Shown here: positions 16,165 to 23,842 of the stretch, in pieces
Position numbering within the stretch: position 1 is the stretch's first letter
Layout of the letters: the number at the start of each line of letters is the position of its first letter
Source of the DNA: a virus
Lineage: Duplodnaviria; Caudoviricetes
DNA: 28,285 nt
IMG/VR virus record: IMGVR_UViG_3300020045_007939
Coordinates: 1-28,285 of that record
Strand: one strand, 5' to 3'
Position numbers and translations under genes: made by a program
Notes under the pieces: model-generated
Seen by the model: the letters and a program-made list of their open reading frames with translations, nothing else
Databases searched by the model: none
What the model was told of the DNA's origin: nothing

Positions 16165-16770
16165 GTGACAACAACCGAAACAGTAGGCCAGACACCATCG
16201 CCGCAAGGCCGCCGCGCAACCGGCGTCAAGCCGATGTCGGCCGCCGAACTTGCGCGCTACTATTACGACCGCAATCCGGATGACCCGGAAGAGGCAATCG
16301 AGGAATATTCCGAGGCAATCGCAAAGCGTCCGGACCTGATGTATGAGGCCGCCGTTCTGTATGGCCGAAGCCTTATCAAGTCCTATATCCCGCTTCGCGA
16401 CAACAAGGAAATCCGGCAGGGCAAAGACCCGAAGCAGGGCTTGCCGCCGCGCCCGCCCGGCACCGCACACCCGGACTTCATGAAGCACCAGGCGGCGTCC
16501 ATCCTTGCTCTAGGCGAGCAAACGCGTGACCTGCTTTATGACATCACATACGGCATCGACGGCACCCGCGTGCGGCTCGGCGATTTGACCGGCGCGCAGA
16601 TTGACATCGTTGTTTCCGAAAAGCGCGGCCGCATTTCATCGGAATATCGCGACATGAAGTTCCTGCAGCTGTTGCGTGACCGAGTTCCGGACAACAAGAC
16701 GGTCGCCGAGTGCCTGGATGTTAACGCCGCGCAACAGTTGCGCGCACAGGCCGACGAACTACCCGTTTAA
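16165..16770 (+). CDS. Hypothetical protein embedded in guide array (candidate accessory factor)
   Basis: AAGGAG RBS, GTG start, 201 aa; no family recognised. Confidence 0.85.
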   Translation: MTTTETVGQTPSPQGRRATGVKPMSAAELARYYYDRNPDDPEEAIEEYSEAIAKRPDLMYEAAVLYGRSLIKSYIPLRDNKEIRQGKDPKQGLPPRPPGTAHPDFMKHQAASILALGEQTRDLLYDITYGIDGTRVRLGDLTGAQIDIVVSEKRGRISSEYRDMKFLQLLRDRVPDNKTVAECLDVNAAQQLRAQADELPV

Positions 16771-16773
16771 GAA

Positions 16774-16895
16774 TTGACGATGTGCGGCCAAAGCCTGGCC
16801 GAAAACCGTTTAACCCGCGCTGCGCATCGTCAAACTACATTGCAGGGGCGGCCACTTGAGGGGCGAAACCCACCCACTACACGCTGCTCCTGCAA
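16774..16895 (+). ncRNA. Stem-loop TIGR-like guide RNA array, cluster 2 (2 units)
   Basis: GGCCA at 16786 and 16850, same N9-loop-N9 layout and closing stems. Confidence 0.88.
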
Positions 16896-16940
16896 CCCTA
16901 ATTCAAACGCGGCCAAGTGCTGCCAAAAAAGGAGATTACC

Positions 16941-17906
16941 ATGTTTCTTGATTCAGCCGCACTCGCGCAACCGTCCGCACTCGCACAACCAACAACGCCG
17001 GCCGATATTTGTGCCGCCATCGCACGCGACCAGCGGGACTTCGGAACCGAAAAGTTCGCAACAAAGCCGGAATATTTCGAAGTGCTTATGCGGCTCCGCG
17101 ACGCGCACCGCACGCAGCAACGGTTTATCGTCGCCAGCACCAAACTCACCAATGCACAAAAAGCTGCCGTTCGGTCGGCGCTCGGCATTGAGAAGTTTGA
17201 AGACCGCGACTCCAAGTCGGCCAAGTCGGCCGAAAAAATGGTCGACAGCATGCTGAAAGCGGCGCTTGAAGACCCGATGCACAGCCTGCACGGCGCGGTT
17301 ATTTCCTATTCCTTGGCACGCGCACCGCTGGAGGCCGCAATCAGCAAATCCGACAAGCTACTGGTGAGCATCCTGAAGGAACTGCCAATCTATCAGTTTT
17401 GTCTCGAAACAAAGTTCCTCGGCGAGAAGACGCTTGCCCGCATTATAGGCGAAACATCAGGAATATCGCGCGTTACCGGAAAGCGCTACGGCATGGGCGA
17501 CTTCAGGTCGGTTTCCGCCGTATGGAAGCGCATGGGCCTGGCCGTCATTGACGGACACCGCCAGGGCAACCCAGGGAAGGGCGCGACGGCGCAAGACTGG
17601 ATTGACGAGGGCTACAACAAAAAGCGCCGGTCAGTCGCCTATGTCGGCCTGCAATACATGATTGGCAAGATGGGCAACTGGCGTCCGCAGTTCGGCGCCG
17701 ATGTCGAAAACGACGAAACGCTCAGCGAATATCAGAAGCTTTTCGCCCGCCGTGCGCGCCTTGAAATGGTGAATGCCGGGATTCCTATCGAGAATAAGAA
17801 TGGACAGGAAAGCTACAAGGCGCACCAAACGCGCCGTGCAATGCGTGTTGTAGAAAAGCACGCGCTGAAAAGGATTTACGTCGCCTATCGCGCATGCATG
17901 GGCTGA
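16941..17906 (+). CDS. IS110/Nop-domain RNA-binding protein without nuclease domain (TasA-like)
   Basis: Coiled coil, then LPIY...KFLGEKTLARIIGE, GDFRSVSAVWKRMGLAV, GYNKKRRS, RRAMRVVEK.ALKRIY match the IS110 C-terminal/Nop pattern; no DEDD RuvC or HNH seen; GGAG RBS; flanked by array units. Confidence 0.8.
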   Translation: MFLDSAALAQPSALAQPTTPADICAAIARDQRDFGTEKFATKPEYFEVLMRLRDAHRTQQRFIVASTKLTNAQKAAVRSALGIEKFEDRDSKSAKSAEKMVDSMLKAALEDPMHSLHGAVISYSLARAPLEAAISKSDKLLVSILKELPIYQFCLETKFLGEKTLARIIGETSGISRVTGKRYGMGDFRSVSAVWKRMGLAVIDGHRQGNPGKGATAQDWIDEGYNKKRRSVAYVGLQYMIGKMGNWRPQFGADVENDETLSEYQKLFARRARLEMVNAGIPIENKNGQESYKAHQTRRAMRVVEKHALKRIYVAYRACMG

Positions 17907-17913
17907 CATGAAA

Positions 17914-18034
17914 TTGCAGGTGGTGGCCAAAGGTTAACCGAAAACCTCCAAAGCCGCGCTGCTACCTGCAACACCAATTGAACTGGCGGCCAAATGCGGT
18001 TCGAAAACCATTGTATGCGCGCTGCTCGTTCAAT
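17914..18034 (+). ncRNA. Stem-loop TIGR-like guide RNA array, cluster 3 (2 units)
   Basis: GGCCA at 17925 and 17988, same layout. Confidence 0.88.
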
Positions 18035-18054
18035 ACCCAATGAAAGGAAACCAC

Positions 18055-18264
18055 ATGGCGCACATGCTCACAACCAAGCAAGCCGCAGACGCAATCGGCC
18101 TGTCAAAAAGCTGGCTGGACAAGTCACGCATGACCGGAACCGGGCCGGAATACCACAAGCTTGGCGGCTTGGTTCGCTACGCGCCGGAAGCTATCGCCGC
18201 ATGGGTTTTCAGCAACCGGCGCACAGCAGTCTATGATTTCGCGGAGCGCCGTGATGCACGATAA
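18055..18264 (+). CDS. AlpA/Xis-like HTH DNA-binding protein
   Basis: MLTTKQAA..IGLSKSWL...GPEYHKLGGLVRY. Confidence 0.85.
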   Translation: MAHMLTTKQAADAIGLSKSWLDKSRMTGTGPEYHKLGGLVRYAPEAIAAWVFSNRRTAVYDFAERRDAR

Positions 18265-18445
18265 ACAACCGGGAGAGCTTCTTATCGGTGCGCATGCAAT
18301 CGCTGAATTTCTCGGGTGTTCGCAGCGCCAGGTTTACAGGCTGTCATCCGAAAAAATCATCCCAACGTTCAAGCTTGGCGGTGCAATCGCAGCCCGCCGC
18401 ACCACGATAGAAAAGTGCATTGACGAAATGGAAGCAAAAGCATGA
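18254..18445 (+). CDS. Excisionase-like HTH DNA-binding protein
   Basis: LLIGAHAIAEFLG...IPTFKLGGAIAAR; GGAG RBS. Confidence 0.75.
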   Translation: MHDKQPGELLIGAHAIAEFLGCSQRQVYRLSSEKIIPTFKLGGAIAARRTTIEKCIDEMEAKA

Positions 18446-18636
18446 CCATCGATAAACCCCGCCTTATGTCTCTCAAAGAAGCCAGCACGACAACAAGCCT
18501 TAGCCGCACAATGCTGTCAATTCTGCACCGCGCCGACATGTTCCCCAAGCCCGTTAGCCTCGGCGAGCGCCGCATTGCCTTTGTCCGCGCCGAAGTAGAG
18601 GCGTGGATTGACCAGCGGATAGCGGCGCGCAAATGA
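18442..18636 (+). CDS. AlpA family regulator
   Basis: TSLSRTML...FPKPVSLGERRIAFVRAEVEAWI. Confidence 0.9.
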   Translation: MTIDKPRLMSLKEASTTTSLSRTMLSILHRADMFPKPVSLGERRIAFVRAEVEAWIDQRIAARK

Positions 18637-18662
18637 CTGCCGCACCACACATCCCCATGACA

Positions 18663-19175
18663 TCAAACCATCTCCCTCAACACTACAACCCCGGCAACAT
18701 CTCCGTCGGCAGGCCAGGCAACCAAGCGGCCGGCACGCAGCAGCACGGTGTTGCCATCAACGGGCCGCATGCGCGGATTAACCCACATATGCATTCCATC
18801 AACGCGGATAGCAAAACAGCCATCAACGGCGGGCCGCGCGTATCCGCTGGCGAATTCCTCCAGTACGACGAAATCACCAGTTCCGCGACCCATTATGGGC
18901 GCACCAAGGTCGGGAAGCTTTGTTTTGCCGGTACTAATAACCGCCTCGCTTGCAAGGTCGGCCAAGTCCTCAACGGATATCCGCAGAAACTTTGCCAAGT
19001 CGGCGTACATCTGCCGGCGCGGCACAACGCCGGATTTCCACGAGTTGAAAGCCTGTTTTGACCAGCCGTAACGGCTGCCGATTTCCGCCTCGCTTAGTCC
19101 GAGCTTGATTTGTTCGTTTAGTAGCATCTGCGCCAGGCGTGTTTTCTTCACCGGCTTTTCTTTTGGACGGGCCAT
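18663..19175 (-). CDS. XRE-family repressor with degenerate S24-like C-terminus
   Basis: HTH (LSEAEIG..YGWSKQAFNSWKSG..P); FAIRVDG without catalytic Ser; GGAG RBS. Confidence 0.75.
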   Translation of the reverse strand: MARPKEKPVKKTRLAQMLLNEQIKLGLSEAEIGSRYGWSKQAFNSWKSGVVPRRQMYADLAKFLRISVEDLADLASEAVISTGKTKLPDLGAPIMGRGTGDFVVLEEFASGYARPAVDGCFAIRVDGMHMWVNPRMRPVDGNTVLLRAGRLVAWPADGDVAGVVVLREMV

Positions 19176-19193
19176 TCATAACTCCATTCTTGG

Positions 19194-19233
19194 CAATAAC
19201 CATCTTGACAAATTTGTCATTGTGGTTTACACC
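19194..19233 (+). promoter_or_regulatory. Palindromic operator/promoter element copy 5, between divergent regulators
   Basis: AATAACCATCTTGACAAATTTGTCATT; TTGACA-N17-TACACC; half-site ATTTGTCAA at 19244. Confidence 0.8.
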
Positions 19234-19276
19234 AAAATACCCGATTTGTCAACGTAATGAAAAGGAGACTGCCAAC

Positions 19277-19594
19277 GTGAGCATGCAGAGCAATGAAACA
19301 GGCGCGCCGGGAGGCGACGTTGCGCCATCCGAGCTATCGACCGAAACGACAAGAAATCGCATCCGCGCTTTGCGCGCCGCCGGCCTGACGGTTCGGCAGA
19401 TTGCCGACGTTACGAAGGTCGGAAACGTGCAGGTCATGGAGACACTTAACGGCCAGCTTCGCGGCCAGAAGGCGCCGCCTATTGCGGCAAACGACAATAA
19501 GAAAGTCGTTCTTTCCGCGCACAACGGTGGATGCTCCACCACGTCCGGAATGGTTGAAGTAAGTTTGGCACGGTCTGCCGGCGGTGTCGCATGA
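19277..19594 (+). CDS. Cro-like HTH protein
   Basis: AAGGAG RBS, GTG start (or ATG 19283); IRALRAAGLTVRQIADVT. Confidence 0.65.
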   Translation: MSMQSNETGAPGGDVAPSELSTETTRNRIRALRAAGLTVRQIADVTKVGNVQVMETLNGQLRGQKAPPIAANDNKKVVLSAHNGGCSTTSGMVEVSLARSAGGVA

Positions 19595-19887
19595 TTGTTT
19601 GTGAAGATTGCGGCGAAGTACACGAATACGAATATGGCGACCGTGTGCGGCTGGTGCAAAACAATATGCTGACCGGCCAGGTCATCGATGAGCAGGGATG
19701 GGGCGGAAAGTATCACGTTCGCCTAGGCGCCACAGTGTCGGCAATCTGGTTTGATGCGTGCGAGCTTGAGCCGGACCCGGATTTTGTAGACCCGGCCGCA
19801 TCAAAGACGCCGCCAGATGGTGGCGATTCCCCCGACGACAACATCATTAATCTAGCGGCGGTACGCGCCAAGGGAGGTGTGCATTGA
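19591..19887 (+). CDS. Hypothetical protein (CxxC, SH3-like)
   Basis: ATGA overlap; GDRVRL...GQVI. Confidence 0.7.
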   Translation: MIVCEDCGEVHEYEYGDRVRLVQNNMLTGQVIDEQGWGGKYHVRLGATVSAIWFDACELEPDPDFVDPAASKTPPDGGDSPDDNIINLAAVRAKGGVH

Positions 19888-20990
19888 CATACAATGTTGG
19901 TGATAAAGTGCGCGTGAACCACGGAACAAATTGGGACGGGGTTGGAACCGTTTACAAGATTGGCCGCTCTTATGTTTCTGTGAAGATGGAGACAGGCGGA
20001 TATGCCGGCAAGATCGGTGGTTTTGCTTTCAATGAGGTGGAGCCAGTATGGGCGCCGAAGGTCGGTGAGCGTGTTGCAGTTGTTAGCAACGAAGGCAACC
20101 GGATGTCTTTCGTCGGGCGCACTGGAATCGTTGTCATGGAGAAAGGCGACGGCAGATTTGTTGTCGGCGTTGACGGTGACTTTGATCGTCTGTTCTCAGC
20201 ATCGGAACTTGCGCCGGCACCGCTCCGCATCGAAGCCGGCAAGTTCTACAAGACACGTGACGGTCGCAAGGTCGGGCCGATGGTGGCAGGAAACATGCCG
20301 GACGAAGAATATGACTTTGTGGCGAGGATTGACGGTGACGACTTACGCCGAATTTTCCAAAAAGATGGAAAGCACGGCGGTAAGTACATCGAAAATGAAC
20401 CTGCAAACGACCTAATCGCCGAATGGCCGGCGGAAGCTACCAAGCCGCCCGTTGCCGCGGAAGTCGACACGCTGGCCGAAGAATACGGCCCGTCCGTTAC
20501 ATCTAAGCCGAAGTTCAAGGTCGGCGATAGGGTTGTGGCGCTTGTAGACTGGCTGGGCATCAAGAAGGGCGAAACGTACACGGTGAAGCGCCTTGAGTGT
20601 GACGGAGTGTATCTTCTCGATGTAAAAAAAGGGTACATGGATTTCGAGGAAATCGCGCTTGTCTCCTCAACCACACCACCAACAACCGCAATCGTTTGTC
20701 TTATCGAAAACGGCCAGCCGCTGCCGGCAAGCAAGCCGTTCGTGCATCCTGACGCGGCATCCGCACAGCGCGAAGCCAAGCGCATGGCGGAAGTGCACAA
20801 AGGACAGATGTTCGGCGCCTATGTGCTGGCCGGCGCGCCGGCTGTTGTAGCCAAGGTGTATGAACACGAATGGCAGCGGTTGGCGGCCGCAAACCAGAAA
20901 ATTAACGCGATTAAGGAATTGCGCCGCATTACCGGAATGCAGTTGAAACCGGCAAAAGACGCCGTCGAGTACTGGCTTAACGCCGCCTAA
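19884..20990 (+). CDS. Multidomain KOW/SH3-like repeat protein with C-terminal ribosomal bL12-like motif
   Basis: Three (K/N)VG(D/E)(K/R)V repeats; C-terminal KINAIKELRRITGMQLKPAKDAVE; GGAGG RBS with TTG start. Confidence 0.75.
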   Translation: MTYNVGDKVRVNHGTNWDGVGTVYKIGRSYVSVKMETGGYAGKIGGFAFNEVEPVWAPKVGERVAVVSNEGNRMSFVGRTGIVVMEKGDGRFVVGVDGDFDRLFSASELAPAPLRIEAGKFYKTRDGRKVGPMVAGNMPDEEYDFVARIDGDDLRRIFQKDGKHGGKYIENEPANDLIAEWPAEATKPPVAAEVDTLAEEYGPSVTSKPKFKVGDRVVALVDWLGIKKGETYTVKRLECDGVYLLDVKKGYMDFEEIALVSSTTPPTTAIVCLIENGQPLPASKPFVHPDAASAQREAKRMAEVHKGQMFGAYVLAGAPAVVAKVYEHEWQRLAAANQKINAIKELRRITGMQLKPAKDAVEYWLNAA

Positions 20991-21045
20991 TCATCACAAA
21001 ATCCCCAACACCAAAGCCCGGCGCGAGCCGGGCAAAGGAGAAGTT

Positions 21046-21261
21046 ATGTCTTTTCGCGAAAGAAACGGCTGGTCGGACCCGCCGCTTACCGAGCCGCCCA
21101 TTGACCATGAACCGGCGCCAAAACGCAAACGCCTAAACCCACTGAAGAAAGGCGCAGCAGCGGCATTGGTGTTCATCGCGCTGGTCACGCTTTCGCCGCT
21201 CATCATCGTTGGCGTCCTTATCTGGCTTTGGTGGGAGGCGCTACTATGGGCAACTTCCTGA
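21046..21261 (+). CDS. Small membrane protein
   Basis: AAGGAG RBS; long hydrophobic C-terminus. Confidence 0.7.
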   Translation: MSFRERNGWSDPPLTEPPIDHEPAPKRKRLNPLKKGAAAALVFIALVTLSPLIIVGVLIWLWWEALLWATS

Positions 21262-21362
21262 ACAACGCAATGGCCTGGCTGTCATGGCATTGGTCAAGTT
21301 TGATTTTGTTGCTGATTGGTGCGGCGCTTGTCTTTGACGCGCTTTACCGGCTTTCGGTTTAG
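21246..21362 (+). CDS. Small membrane protein (38 aa, not in ORF track)
   Basis: GGGAGG RBS; MGNFLNNAMAWLSWHWSSLILLLIGAALVFDALYRLSV. Confidence 0.55.
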   Translation: MGNFLNNAMAWLSWHWSSLILLLIGAALVFDALYRLSV

Positions 21363-21374
21363 GGGGGAAAACAC

Positions 21375-22148
21375 GTGGCGATTGAACTTGGCGCGCTAAA
21401 CAGCACGCGCAACAATAAGCCGCCGTTTGGCATCTTTTACGGCGTGCATGGCATCGGAAAGACCGAACTGGCTTCGGAATTTCCGGACCCTTATTACCTT
21501 CCAACGCCGGGCGAAGAACCGCCGGACCAAATCGAAATGCCAACACCTGGCACCGCCGAAACGCTGGACGACATTTACGACGTTATCGGCTGGCTGCTTT
21601 CCGTAGACCACGACCGAAAAACGTTCATTCTCGATAGCGTCGACGGCGTTGAGCCGCTGATTTGGGCGGCAACGTGCAAGCGCCTTGGCGTGTCCAGCAT
21701 CGAAGACCCTGGCTATGGAAAGGGCTATATTGAGGCAGACACGGAATGGCGTGAATTGCTTTCCGGTCTACAGGCTTTGCGCGCCGCCGGCATCGCGGTT
21801 GTTTTGCTGGCGCATACCGAAATCACGCGCTTTGATAGCCCGACCAGCGACCCGTATAGCCGATACGGAATCAAGCTCAACAAGCGCGCATCGGCGCTTG
21901 TGCAAGAGGCCGTACAGTTCGTTGGCTTCCTGAACTTCCGACACACGCTGAAGGAAAAGGATGTCGGCTTTAACAAAAAGGTTGGCCACGCCGAGGGCAG
22001 CGGCGAGCGCCAAATCCACCTTGAGGAGCGGCCCGGCTTTCTTGCCAAGTCGCGCTATGGCACGCCGTCCTCAATCACGTTCAAGCGCGGCCACGGCTGG
22101 GCCGAGCTTTCCAAGTACATGCCGACGCCAACTGGCATCGCGTCCTAA
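21375..22148 (+). CDS. Sak4-like AAA ATPase (recombination)
   Basis: YGVHGIGKT, FILDSVD, GYGKGY, LLAH, AKSRY. Confidence 0.88.
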   Translation: MAIELGALNSTRNNKPPFGIFYGVHGIGKTELASEFPDPYYLPTPGEEPPDQIEMPTPGTAETLDDIYDVIGWLLSVDHDRKTFILDSVDGVEPLIWAATCKRLGVSSIEDPGYGKGYIEADTEWRELLSGLQALRAAGIAVVLLAHTEITRFDSPTSDPYSRYGIKLNKRASALVQEAVQFVGFLNFRHTLKEKDVGFNKKVGHAEGSGERQIHLEERPGFLAKSRYGTPSSITFKRGHGWAELSKYMPTPTGIAS

Positions 22149-22171
22149 TCCAAAACAACAAGGAGTAACAC

Positions 22172-22726
22172 ATGGCTGCACTAGGTCAGAAATTTGATGC
22201 ATCTTCCGTCGACACCGAACAGCGCGACTATGCCGAGCTTCCAAACGGCACATACATTCTTGAAATGACGGCCGGCGATGTCGTCGCAACGAAGGACGGC
22301 AAGGGAACGCTGCTTAAAACAACGTTCGACGTTATCGAGCCGGAACAGTTTAAGGGCAGAAAGCTGTTCAATAATTACAACCTTGTCAACGGCAGCGCCG
22401 AGGCGCAACGCATCGGGCTGCAGCAGTTTGCCAGCCTTTGCCGCGCGGTCGGCGTGTCGGAAGTCGAAGACAGCGACGAACTGCTGTTCAAGTCCTTCAC
22501 GGCCAAGATTGGGTTGGGCAAGCCATCCAAGGACGGCCAGTACCCGGCGCGCGCCGAAATCAAGACTTACTATTTCCCCGACGCCGGCAACGTGCCGGAG
22601 CCTTCCATTGATGCTGGCCAGGCGCCCGCGCCAGCCAACGACAATCGCGCGCCGGCTGCCAATGATAATCGCCAGGCACAACAGGCTGCGGCGGCTCCCA
22701 AGAAAAATCCCTGGTCTAAAGGCTAA
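22172..22726 (+). CDS. DUF669-like single-stranded DNA-binding protein
   Basis: LPNGTY...GRKLF...NL; low-complexity tail ending NPW; follows Sak4-like gene. Confidence 0.8.
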   Translation: MAALGQKFDASSVDTEQRDYAELPNGTYILEMTAGDVVATKDGKGTLLKTTFDVIEPEQFKGRKLFNNYNLVNGSAEAQRIGLQQFASLCRAVGVSEVEDSDELLFKSFTAKIGLGKPSKDGQYPARAEIKTYYFPDAGNVPEPSIDAGQAPAPANDNRAPAANDNRQAQQAAAAPKKNPWSKG

Positions 22727-22778
22727 CGCGCCGGGCGGGCTTCGGCCCGCCTAACCACCACAAAAGAAGGAGCAACAT

Positions 22779-23834
22779 ATGGAACTTGCTATTGGCAAGG
22801 CCGACTTCGCGCGCGCGCTTTCCAGCGTCGTCAAAGCGGTTGAAACACGAAATACAATGCCAATCCTGTCTAGCGTTCGGCTGGCCACGGCGCCGGACGG
22901 ACTGCATATTACGGCAACAGACCTTGACGTTATCGTAACGGACATTGCGCGCGCCGACATCGCGACGCAAGGCGCCGTTTGCGTTGATGCCAAGCTGCTT
23001 TCGGCAATCGTTACCAAGTCTGGCGGCGATATCAGCCTTGCGCTGAAAGACGGTACGCTTACCGTCAAATCTGGCCGCTCGAAGTTCACGCTTCAGACAC
23101 TGCCGGCGGACGATTTTCCGGATTTTCCTGACGCCAAGTATGATGCAACGTTTGACCTCGATATTGCCGCGCTGTTTGCGCCTGTCCTGTTTGCTATGTC
23201 GCAGGAGGAAACTAGATATTATCTAAATGGCGTGTTTTTCCGCGGCGGCGAAATCCCGGTTGCGGCGGCAACGGACGGCCATCGCCTGGCGCGCAATTCC
23301 GCCGACAGCCTGCCAGAATTTGCCGGCGTTATCGTGCCACGCAAAGTTGCCGGCATGCTTCCGAAGGGCGCTTGCACGGTTTCCGTCTCGGAATCCAAAA
23401 TCCGCATTGCGCAGGCAGGAATGACGCTAACGTCAAAGCTAGTAGATGGCACGTTTCCGGACTATGAACGCGTTATCCCGAAGTCAAACGATAAGCTCAT
23501 CACGTTTAACGCCGACGAAATGCGCGCCGCTGCCGGCCGCGTTTCTGTTGTGTCATCCGAACGCGGCCGCGCCGTGCGGCTGGCTTTTGCCGGTGGCGCC
23601 GTGACGCTTGACGTTAGCAATCCGGACGGCGGGTCCGCAACCGACGAAATCGCCGTCGGCTATACCGGCGAGCCAATCACTATCGGATTCAATAGCGCGT
23701 ACCTGGCCGAGCTTGTCGGGCAATTCCCGGCCGGCGAAGTCATGCTTGCGCTTGCCGACAGTGGTTCGCCGGCAATCTTCACGTCGCCGTCCGCCGATGG
23801 GCTGCTGGCTGTTTTGATGCCGATGCGGACGTAG
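22779..23834 (+). CDS. dnaN: DNA polymerase III beta sliding clamp (phage copy)
   Basis: PILS, ATDLD, ETRYYLNGV, ATDGHRLA, SKLVDGTFPDYERVIP, IGFNSAYL, LMPMR. Confidence 0.95.
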   Translation: MELAIGKADFARALSSVVKAVETRNTMPILSSVRLATAPDGLHITATDLDVIVTDIARADIATQGAVCVDAKLLSAIVTKSGGDISLALKDGTLTVKSGRSKFTLQTLPADDFPDFPDAKYDATFDLDIAALFAPVLFAMSQEETRYYLNGVFFRGGEIPVAAATDGHRLARNSADSLPEFAGVIVPRKVAGMLPKGACTVSVSESKIRIAQAGMTLTSKLVDGTFPDYERVIPKSNDKLITFNADEMRAAAGRVSVVSSERGRAVRLAFAGGAVTLDVSNPDGGSATDEIAVGYTGEPITIGFNSAYLAELVGQFPAGEVMLALADSGSPAIFTSPSADGLLAVLMPMRT

Positions 23835-23842
23835 GGGGGAAT

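Noticed and set aside
16774-17256. 160-aa ORF spanning array cluster 2
   Set aside because: TTG start inside a hairpin, no RBS, overlaps the Tas-like gene out of frame
16941-17906. Active IS110 insertion sequence with bridge RNA
   Set aside because: No RuvC DEDD domain or catalytic Ser seen; multiple single-loop units on both sides rather than one two-loop bridge RNA
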